Assembly (NCBI GenBank): GCA_030141605.1
Contig: JAQGDQ010000111.1
Coordinates: forward strand, 372,001 to 436,000
Direction: 5' to 3'
Source of the DNA: Tubiluchus corallicola
Taxonomy: Eukaryota; Animalia; Priapulida
Length of the DNA: 64,000 bases
A program made the position numbers and the translations under genes. Below, piece after piece: positions 53,862 to 64,000 of this stretch (its first letter is position 1; every line of letters starts with the position of its first letter). The notes below the pieces were generated by a model, which did no database searches, was not told the DNA's origin, and was given only the letters and a program-made list of their open reading frames with translations.

Positions 53862-55351
53862 CGTTTGTGCAGTTAGAGCGGAAATTAAATACGCGAGTTA
53901 TTGTTGCTCTTGTTAATATTTAGGAGTTCTGTTATCAATTTACTGTTCGATTATTGCAAACGAAAAGAGCGTTAAATGACGATTTTGGTATACACGGAAC
54001 TTGTGCTCGTTTTATTCACTTTCAGCGGGCCTACTCGAGCGCAGCCATTTCTTGGAAAACATGATTGTTGCACTGAAGAACACGATTTCGATCACGACTG
54101 CACAACAACCTTAAGTGAATGTTGTTAGTAACGCTGCACCACTGTCTAGTAGTAAAATTGTTTGCACGGTAAATTCCGGTCGTAATAAAAAACTTTTGTC
54201 TTTGTTTCTAAATAAAATGTTACTTGAAAAGTAATGTCGCTTGATGCGTATACGGTGCAAACCAAGCTTGCATTATGATTGTTTAGTGTGATTTGTCTTC
54301 CTCTAATATAACGGGTAAACAAAATTAAGAATGAGAACATTATTTCGAATTGATGAAAAAAGGATAAATGGATAAGTGCACGTGTTATAGAATGAAAGAA
54401 TATACGAATGAGTAAGTGAGTAAATGAACAACTGGATAAATAAATGAACAAATGACTGAATGAGAGAAACTAGCAAATTACTTCTCTGAATAAGAAATTA
54501 AATAAGTAAATGAATGAAAAAATGAATAAATAAACAAATGAATGAATGAATAAATAAATGACGAAACGAATGAGCACGTGAACCACAATCAAAGCAACAA
54601 ACACACAAACAAGAACAAACAAACAGACAGATAGGTAAAATGACAAAATAGACAAATAGGTACTGTAAATGACAAATTCTATTTTGATCTTCAAATTAGG
54701 GATACACGTAATTAAACTTATCGAAAGGCAAATGTTAATAAATAAGTTGGCTTTAAATTTATCTGCTAAAATAAAACTTTATGGCAAAACAATCCTTATA
54801 TCATACAATTGTTAGTTTTATATCGTACATTTACAGGTTGGGCTAATTGCTATGTCATTTTTTACAATACAAGAACCTAGTTCAACCTACCGTCATTCTA
54901 ACATAGTTACTTGAGCACACAAAAAATTAACACCATTAGCAGTCATTGATATTAAGCACTCACTCCATGTTTATTATGAAGAAATGTACTGCTCACTATT
55001 AAATGTTGTATGATGTGAGCTGCTGTGTAACCGCATCCGGGAAGGTAGTGGAAAGTCACACCGCTTCAGTAGCTATTATGTTGAAACAGATGTAGATAAA
55101 TGAGGCTCTTGAAGGTGGTGTACACCAGGTTTATGACTTTTTAAAGTATTCTCTGTAGAGTGGTAAAAATTAGTAAGACTTACTGGTATGCAAAGTATAT
55201 CGTTCGAGTGGAGATTGCCAACAATTGTCATTATTATACATATTTTGAACAGCACTCCATATAGTTGGAATTTATAATTTTGCACAATAACGCTGCTATT
55301 GGACGTTTATTGATCGTTCTGTTGCAATCACGCTTTGGATCAACTAAAGCA

Positions 55352-55353
<2 letters not shown>

Positions 55354-55390
<37 letters not shown>

Positions 55391-55416
55391 TTCAGTCAGT
55401 CAGTCAGTCAGCCAGC

Positions 55417-55471
<55 letters not shown>

Positions 55472-55630
55472 TCAGTGAGTCCGGTCGGTCAGTCAGGCAG
55501 GAAGGCAGGCAGGCAGCAGGCAGGCAGTCAATCAATTAGACAGTTAATCAGACAGTCAGCCTACCAGTCAATAAGTCTGGTAGTCAAGTCAGTCAAATAG
55601 CCAGCAAGTTTGTCAGTCAGTCAATCAGTT
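55354..55630. repeat. Compound microsatellite (TA)n, (CAGT)n, (GGCA)n
   Basis: Direct reading. Confidence 0.92.
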
Positions 55631-55717
55631 TGTCTGTCAGCAGCCACTGGGATAATGAGCCAGTGATGTTTTGGCAGTTGGCACCTGCGATAATTTTAAA
55701 TTTTCTTTTGCAGTTGC

Positions 55718-57470
55718 ACACATCTTTCAAGCAGAAAAGTATAATGACTTACATTGCTAATCAGATAATTATGAGAGGCGAATTTCCAACGGTATGTAAA
55801 ATGGCAAACGTGACTCCAATCCATAAAAAAGATCCAAAATGTGATCCCATGAATTATCGCCCAATTTCCGTAATCCATTGTTTCGGCAAAGTTTGGGAAA
55901 GGGTAATTTATGATCAGATAAATTAATATGTAAATAAACATGAACTTTTATCAAAACATCAGTTTGGCTTCCGTAAACACCATTCAACCATTGACGCCCT
56001 AATACACACAACAGAAAATTGGAGACATAGTTTAGACAACAAGCAATACATTTTAGCAGCATTTTTGGATTTAAGTAAAGCTTTCGATAGCATTAATCAC
56101 GAACTACTTTACGATAATTTAAAACAAATCGGATTAGATTCGATATCGTTAAAACTGATACAAAATTATCTCAAAGATAGACAACAACGAGTAAAGTTAG
56201 ATACAACCAACTTTTCTGACTGGGCCACGTTAAACAGAGGTATACCGCAAGGAACACTACTAGGTCCGTTATTATTTTGCCTATATATAAACAACATATC
56301 CAATGTATTAAAACACTCACAAATAACGCAATACGCTGATGACACTACAATCTACATAGCCCATGAAAATGTCCAAACTGCAAAAAATTATTTAGAAGAA
56401 GATATAAAAAATATAAATATGGCATTTATTCATTACAAGCTAAAAATGAATAATGACAAAACAGAATTCATGATACTGTCACCCTCATTAAATACTAATG
56501 ATGCATCATCAACCACTTTGACAATAGATAATGCTGTAATCAAACAAACTAACAATGTTAAATTCCTGGGCATACAAGTAGACAATAATCTTTCATGGGA
56601 TGATCACTTTAATAACATATACACAAAAATGGCATCTAGCACATCATATCTCCGACAAGTTAAAGGGCAACTAACAAAGGAAACTAAAACACTAATATAT
56701 AAAACTTTAGTTCTACCACACTTCTTATATGGATGTACGCTACTTCAAAAAAACAAAAGAGAAAATTACTTAAAATTAAATCTCCTTCAAAACTATGCGT
56801 TGAGATTGATAGCTGGGTACTCATACAAACTCAAGGCAGGTAGACAAAAATTCAAAGCTTCAACAACTAACCTGAGAAAAACTTTAAAATTCCCAATCAT
56901 TGAAGCACACAAAGAATATTTTACTCTGCTTTTTATATTTAAATACATTAACAACATCAGCAAACCATTCCAGAATAACAGATTTACCTTTTTTCCAAAT
57001 CCTATCGTTAATTCCAGAACAAGCAATCTAAAACAAATTAGGACAAATATGGAACGATGTCTGTAATCAAACAAGCAATTTTACTTTGGAATTCTCTACC
57101 ATTACAGGTTAAACAAATCAAGTCCCTATCAGCATTTAAAACAAAATTAAAATCACTAATATTAACCAGATATGAAATACCATCACACCAGTACGACAAC
57201 ATACACACTAATTCCGAATTCATATACCCACGGCCATATTAATTAAATCATAGTTTTTTTTATATATTTTTTTGTGTATAGTTGTAAATATGTTTGATTT
57301 TATTCGTCATTACTGCACAGTAGTTTAGATTGCACTGACGCATTTGCCTTCAGCAGTGTAAGTTTTTATTAACTAACACTGATTGATTATCTCTGTAAAG
57401 TTTTTATCAGTGATTATCAATGTTTTTAATGGCAAATAAAGATTATTATATATATATATATATATATATA
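55718..57470 (+). mobile_element. 5'-truncated non-LTR retrotransposon (CR1/L2-like LINE) with a nearly intact RT region
   Basis: KMANVTPIHKK..NYRPIS, QFGFR, FLDLSKAFDSINH, GIPQGTLLGPLLF, YADD, KFLG, WNSLP. One in-frame TAA at 55924-55926 and one frameshift near 57057; 3' UTR ends in AATAAA followed by (TA)n. Confidence 0.95.
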
Positions 57471-57624
57471 ATGCTAATTAATATAACTTTGTATGGAAGG
57501 TTATTAGACCATACTTTAAATTTCCCTTTTCTTCCCCTTTCAAAACACTGTTGGCTCACGTCTTGTTTCAACTTTTCTTTAAAAGCGCTAAAAAGAATTA
57601 CTGTCGCTGACACTTATACTGTTT

Positions 57625-58245
57625 TTAAAGGAATACAGGTTTTTAAAGGAATAATGATTTTTCATATGCTACCTTATTTTCAAGTCTGATAAAAAGTATA
57701 CATTTTAGCACAATTAATACTGCAAAAGCATTTCTGATAATAAAATAACAGATTAAAATCTTAAATAACGGCGGCGAGCCCAACTATTGATGACATCACA
57801 AACTAACATGATTTTCAACACCAAAAACATTCCACGAGCGTGTTGCACGTGTTTGCGAAAGTAAGTACTGTAATATATTCAGTATGTTGTACTAAACCTA
57901 GACAAGTTTTAAGATAAAAATTCCAATTTCAAACTTACCACTGTGTTTACGCATGAGCTGTCGAATGCGTGTAGTACGTCACAAACTAACACATCTAAAC
58001 AAAGAAGTACAGTACCTGTTTTTGTGCAATGCGTTTTCGAAATACAGGCGCTAGTGCCCGTCTAACTAGCGAATGGCGAAATGCTTGTAACAGCGAAGAA
58101 CTAGTGGCGCGAACGTGAAATTACGTTTGTGTGATAATAATTCTTTCACGTAAGTCATTTTTGAAAAAATATTGTTTCCTTTAAATATTTTAAACAATAG
58201 ATTGTTTTGATCTATTGTTTAAGGTTGGGTCTGGTTTTGTTTTAA
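57625..58245 (+). mobile_element. TTAA-flanked non-autonomous DNA element, longest copy
   Basis: Starts TTAAAGGAATA and ends GTTTTGTTTTAA; homologous to 45497-45903 and to 60144-60594 in reverse complement. Confidence 0.78.
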
Positions 58246-60143
58246 GCAAATTTGTGTAGCCCGAAATTGTTTCTCACACTTGACACGCAACACAATGGGA
58301 TATATGACAGATTTCGAACATACATTGTAGCTAAGGTCCATTTTCTTACATTTGAGAAGAAAACGCTGATTAAATAAGACATTATGTATGCACTAGAGAT
58401 AGTTGACTACAGTTAGCTACTTTAAACGTTATGACTGGTCGGTGGTGACCACCATCGGCTACCGTCCACCCGTCTCATCAGCCAATTAGTCAGTCAGCTA
58501 TAACCGACCAACCAAACGGTGAGCCAACTACACAGCCACCGGAGCTGCTGCCCGATTAACCAATAACTGATAGGCTAAATTCGAACAAATCAATCAACCA
58601 ACTAACGAAACAATCTGCCAACCAACCAAGAAACTGAAACCATGTCGATTTCTTTAAGCATGCCGTCATGCTCGCCAATCAACTAGCCACCTCAAGCCAG
58701 CCAGTCAGCCAAACGGAAAGGCAACAAGGCAGCCAGCAAACCAACAGTCTGGCACCTATCCAACAATCTGCCAGCAAAGCTCTGCCCAGTGGTGTTAATA
58801 TAATGTTTATTTTTCGAGATGATGACTGAAAGTGATGTTTGGTTTTGTCCCTCTTGTATATGAATATAACAATCAACATGTAATATTTCTTTTCCTTACC
58901 CTGATTGTAATTCATTAATAGTGTATTCATTTAGGACCTCATGCGATAAAAATAATTATTTAAAAAAATCAGTTTAGTTTAAAAGTCTGCACGACGTACC
59001 TATCTGGCCTGCAGAGAGATTGATTATATTATATTACAGCATTTTTCTATGAAACGGTGCCATGCTCTTTGGAGTGGACAAGTCATTATTTATCAAAACG
59101 TCTTGTTAGTAAAGAACTTGAGAGGAACATTGGTATCAGTAGGTCAATTGACATTGGATTTCTAGGTTAAAGGGATAGGCTAATGTTGGCGTCTGGAATA
59201 GATTCCACAAGGGTTTTCTTGCCCGTTTCTTTACCTATCAGGACGAGGTGATTGTTTGGCGACGGATAGAAAATGAGGACAAAAGCACTTCAGAAACGCC
59301 CGGTGGATATAATACTTTGGAAAAAGCAGGACAAGAGAGAGAGAGAAAGTTGCTGACGTCGTGGAAACTAGGGAACAGACTTCATAAGGTACGAAAGTAT
59401 CTTTTTTTCAACATTAAATACTTTGGTTATTGTAACTGCTTTAAAATTACTTTTGATCGAAAATCGACGAAAGGAAAGCCTGACGAAGACGTACGTGCAG
59501 TAAGTAAAAATATGAAGACCACTGATACGCTGGCGTTTAAGTATCTGCAAGTTTTCTGCAAAGTGGGCTAAAGGCTTCCGAGGCTTCTCCAAATTAGTTA
59601 AACTGATCCATTTCGTTTTTTAAATATTAGTCACTTGTAGTGAAAAAAGATATTCGTCTTTTTGTTTTGCTTTCACTATACACAACGATATTAGTTGTTA
59701 TCAATAAAGTATGTATGTGTTATATCACTTTAATAATTTGTAGACCTATAAGATTGTCAGTGTCAACTTTTATTAAAATTTCGTGGCACGCGTTTTGGCC
59801 AAATTTTGTCTGATTAATTTTACTTCATTTACATTAACATTAATGTAAAGCCCATTACCCTATCATCAAAGCGGGTTTCTTGATACTCAATAGCAGTTCT
59901 AATACTGAAAATGATATTAACCGTGTAGTTATTTTATTAATCATGATATTTGCTAATGTGAATCAAGTAAAAAGTTTCTCTAAAATCTGACAGCATTACA
60001 ATGTTTTTAAGTCACGTTCCAATGTTAATCTAGAGACGTAAGAGAGCTTTTGATAAATTAAGATATAATATATAAATATATAAATATATATTATATATAT
60101 ATATAATATATGAATTAAGATATAATAAAGATAACATAAACCT

Positions 60144-60594
60144 TTAAAGCAAAACCGGACCCAATCTTAAATTGTAGGTCAAAATAATCTACTCTTTAAA
60201 ATACTGAAAGAAAACATTATTTTTTTCAAAAATGACTTACGTGAAAGAACTATTATCACATAAACACAATTTTTGCGATCGCACCACTAGTTCTTAGCTG
60301 TTATGTGCACTTCGCAATTTGCTAGTAGCTTAGTTCGGATAGCTTGCAATAGTACCCTACTTCAATTTTCGCTTTCGCAAACACGTTCAAAACGCTCGTA
60401 GAATATTTTTGCTGTTGAAAATTATGTCAATTTGTGACGTCATCAATAGTTGGGCTCGCCCGCCGTTAATTAAGATTTTAATCAATTATTTAATGATCAG
60501 AAACGCTTTTGCAGTATAAATAGTATTAAAATGTATACTTTTTTCGGACTTCAATATGGGGTAGTGTATGAAAAATCATCCTGTCTTCCTTTAA
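60144..60594 (-). mobile_element. TTAA-flanked non-autonomous DNA element, inverted and internally deleted copy
   Basis: TTAA at both ends; reverse complement matches both ends of 57625-58245. Confidence 0.78.
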
Positions 60595-61085
60595 TAATCA
60601 TGAATCAGACGAGTTATTTGACATGTTGGCTGCTTATTCAACCACTGATTGCAAATTGCCACGATTAAATTAGGAAAAGTTTTTTATCCATTTGGGTAAT
60701 AATTGTACAACGCTTGAATTTTTAAGCTAATATTAAACTTAAGTAACGCAAATTAAATTCTCAGTAACAAGAATAGCGATAATTATTAAAACATGCCACA
60801 GTTAATGAAAAAGTAGAAGGTTTCAAACCGCTGCTGCGGTTCATCAACAGATGACAAAAAAAAGAAAAAAGGGAAAAGGGGTAACAAGGTTAAAAGTACT
60901 AGTGTCTTTGTGTCTTTGGTTATTTAACCCCTTGTCTTCTTTTTCCACCTAGTGATAAACCTTGGGAAGATTTGAAACGTTGTGCTTTTTAAAGTTCAAG
61001 TTTAAAATACAAAAATTTATCTACTGTTTCAGGTTCTTTTGACAAAATCTGCTCACTTTTGCAGATATAAGCTTCCCTGGCAAAA

Positions 61086-63656
61086 ATGACTTTCTTCAAA
61101 CTGTTCGTAGTGGTTGCAAGTATGCTATCTTTGCATGGTAAGTCTGATTTTTTCCAGATAGCATTACTACCAAAACACCACAATCCCATTTAGTACCACA
61201 ACTAATTCAAGCTGCAAAACTGAGCAACAAGATTTTCAAAAATACAGCTGTATAGATCGCGGTGTGCTTTGCTTGCTGGGTAATGGCGCGTTCAGATGTA
61301 GAGACTCCTGTCGCAACTTGTTCTCTCTAAGAGAAGTTGCCAAGCCGTTCGCACGTTGCAACAAGTGGTGAAAAAAGTTGCGCAACAAGTTGCCAAGCCG
61401 TTCGCACGTTGCAACAAGTGGTGAGAGAAGTTGTGCAACGAGTTGCCAAACCGTTCTCACGTTGCAACTTTACTCTCATGTGTAGAAAGGCAAGAAACAA
61501 GAACAATAGTTAATTATCAGTAAAACATATTATTGAATTTCGTAACATCTTTTTATGAATTTTGTAAGCCAATTGCCCCTCGTCAAATAAATTTGTTTTA
61601 TTATACCTTACTTATGTTTTCACCAACTATAGTAATTCGATTTTAGTCAGGGTTTGTAATGAGATTTCAATGCAGTTTGCAATAACACCAGTTGTAGTAA
61701 GTTTTAGTGTATTTGAGAATTTATTAACAATAATAATAACAAAATTGTAATAATAATTGCATAAATTCATGACTACACCAGTTGTAGTAAGTTTTAGTGT
61801 TTTTGAGAATTTATTAACAATAGTAACAACAAAATTATAATAATAATTGCATAAATTCATGACTACACCAGTTGCAGTAAGTTTTAGTGTTTTTGAGAAT
61901 TTATTAACAATAATAATAACAAAATTGTAATAATAATTGCATAAATTCATGACTACACGAATAAAAACTCTTCATTGGTCCCAATATTGACTTAACCTAA
62001 ACACTTATATAATACTTTCCGAAATGAATTTAAACTGATTTTTGCAAAAGCACGGTGAAATCAGTGATCGCTTCATCTTTATTGTTGATTTGCCACATCT
62101 CTCAGTGATGCGTTTCGTTTTTGAACAAATTCTAATATCGCATCATCTCAGCCAATCTAATTCTGAATCCAGCAGTACTTACTCATATACACATACTGAC
62201 ATACATAGCACTATTACGCATTAAATTAGTAACAAACCATTTCGTCTTTGTTTATAGCTGTCCTTGCTATTGATTGTGATGTTGGTGAGTTCATGTGTAT
62301 GGACGGTGAACAGTGCATTGAGTCAACACTTGTGTGCAACGGCAACGTAAACTGCGATGACGGCTCCGATGAAGGCTCATGTGGTAGCTATTAGTTAACA
62401 GTTGCTAAATTCTAGAAAACTTGAGGACACATAGTTTGTTAAACATTTGCTAATAGAAGAAGCAAGAGACATATGTGGTGATGCTTATTTAACTATTACT
62501 AAACACTAGAAGATTTACTAAATTAGAGGAGATTTAATAATATTTTTATTCCTTAAAAGACTTTTGTGGAACTATTGATTAACCATTGCTAAACACAGGA
62601 AGACTTGTGCGCTAACTATTAGTTAGCCTGACTATTGCTAAATACCAGATGATTCACGTGGTACTGCTAGTTGACAATTTAAATACTGGAAGACTTACGT
62701 GGTAGCAATGAGCTATTAAACTATTGTTATATATTCGAATGCACGTGTGATCATAACTCTAAATACAAATATCACATGTGTGCCGGTTAATTATCAATTA
62801 GCTATTGCTAAGTATTCGAAGAGTCATGTAATATGTCAACTAACCATTGTTACACATTAGAAGGCTGGTGTGGTGAACGTTATACGCCATTGTAAATTAC
62901 ACAAGACTCGTGTCGTAACTATTAGGCCTAATTAATTAAGCAAGCTATCGAAGAACTACGTAGCACCACAAAACTGTGAAAAAATTGTATAGGGATCTGG
63001 ATGTGTAATTTACAATTTACCTAATCTATATAATTTTAGTAAAATTGATGAATTATGAATTATAATTATAAATTACAAAATAGTGAATTATAATTTTTTG
63101 GATTTTTTAGAACTGAACTGTTTAAATGGCTACCTTAGCTGCGCAAACGCAGAAAAATGCTACGCAGAAATGTTAAGATGCGACGGAGTATCAGACTGCG
63201 GAGACGGAAGTGACGAAATGCAATGTGGTAAGATTCCCAAATCATCAATAGGAAGATTTTGCGCAGACCGCAGGCATAAATTTCATAAACTGTGGGTTTT
63301 CGCACATCTCTCTTACCACTATTATTTAAATATTTACACGTAACAACTGATACAGTGATATGCTTTTACTGTATTTTCAATTGTGATAATGTATATTTGC
63401 ATTACAAAGTCTTGTATAATATAAAAAAGTTAATCACATGAATTATCACTCATTATTTTAACACTAACACAGCAGCTTTGAGACAAAATGGCTGACAAGC
63501 AAAACTAGCTGCCCGTTTTCTGTTCTCATTTTCAAGATTCGTACAACTGTTTGACTGGATATCTTAAATGTGACGACGGTAGCAAGTGTTATCCAGAAGC
63601 TACGGAACTTTGCAATGGAGAAGAAACCTGTGCAGATGGTTCAGACGAAATGTGTG
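61086..63656 (+). CDS. 5' part of an LDL-receptor class A repeat protein (signal peptide plus at least 3 LDLa modules); continues past the window end
   Basis: Phase-1 exons 61086-61137 (MTFFKLFVVVASMLSLH), 62258-62383 (AVLAIDCDVGEFMCMDGEQCIESTLVCNGNVNCDDGSDEGSC), 63111-63227 (CLNGYLSCANAEKCYAEMLRCDGVSDCGDGSDEMQC), 63537-63656 (CLTGYLKCDDGSKCYPEATELCNGEETCADGSDEMC); canonical GT-AG sites and CxDGSDE motifs. Confidence 0.9.
61310..61468. repeat. 53-bp tandem repeat, about 2.5 copies
   Basis: AGTTGCCAAGCCGTTCGCACGTTGCAAC recurs near 61334, 61387 and 61440. Confidence 0.9.
61686..61958. repeat. 90-bp minisatellite, 3 near-identical copies
   Basis: ACACCAGTTGTAGTAAGTTTTAGTGT...CATAAATTCATGACT recurs at 90-bp spacing. 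Confidence 0.95.
62385..62965. repeat. Degenerate intronic tandem repeat, roughly 40-50-bp unit
   Basis: Variants of AACTATTGCTAAA..AGAAGAC..GTGG recur through the intron between LDLa exons. Confidence 0.7.
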
Positions 63657-64000
63657 GTAAGTTGACTAGAAAGTCAACATTAACTTTATGCAGTTCAGTT
63701 TATTTCAACACAAAATAATTCACGTCGTTTATAAAAAATTAATTCAATATATGTCAAAGCAAGTGACATTGTACGATTTAAAGTCATTTAACAAAATTAA
63801 TACAAAATCATTTCCCAGAGCTGTCGAGTGGGATGAATAAAGGACGTCATATCGTGTTAAGACAGCTAAGTATGAAAATTGAAAAATGGATTCATTGCAT
63901 AATGTAGCTGCTTAAATTTTATTGATCTATTCCATAAGTAGAAGCTGCCTATGTAGAATAAGGCTTCAGTGAAACTAATTCATTCCATCGCATAGATGTT

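Noticed and set aside
59248-59571. 107-aa ORF between the inverted elements
   Set aside because: Non-ATG start and no recognisable domain; at best part of a UTR exon.
61310-62965. Regularly spaced repeats resembling a CRISPR array
   Set aside because: Units are contiguous tandem copies without unique spacers, lie in eukaryotic introns, and no cas genes are present.

Overview
AT-rich, intron-containing genomic DNA from an invertebrate animal; the taxon cannot be fixed from sequence alone. Splicing exons by hand gives eight protein-coding genes, most encoding secreted or cell-surface proteins of recognition/defence families. (1) A secreted protein with a signal peptide, a short coiled coil and at least three tandem pentraxin domains (minus strand, probably runs off the left edge). 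(2-3) Two tandem single-coding-exon C2H2 zinc-finger paralogues. (4-5) A head-to-head pair with uninterrupted ORFs encoding Notch-type EGF repeats plus a WAP four-disulfide domain, one type-I transmembrane and one CUB-like and probably GPI-anchored. (6) A three-exon single insulin-binding-domain (IGFBP N-domain) protein with a GC-AG intron. (7) A multiple-cysteine-cluster Toll-like receptor. (8) The 5' part of an LDL-receptor class A repeat gene running off the right edge. Between the genes lie several non-autonomous hAT elements with TIRs and 8-bp TSDs, a TTAA-flanked element in three copies, one near-intact and several decayed LINE fragments, and many micro/minisatellites. No rRNA, intact tRNA or CRISPR array was seen. 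All gene models and family calls come from reading the sequence, with no database search.
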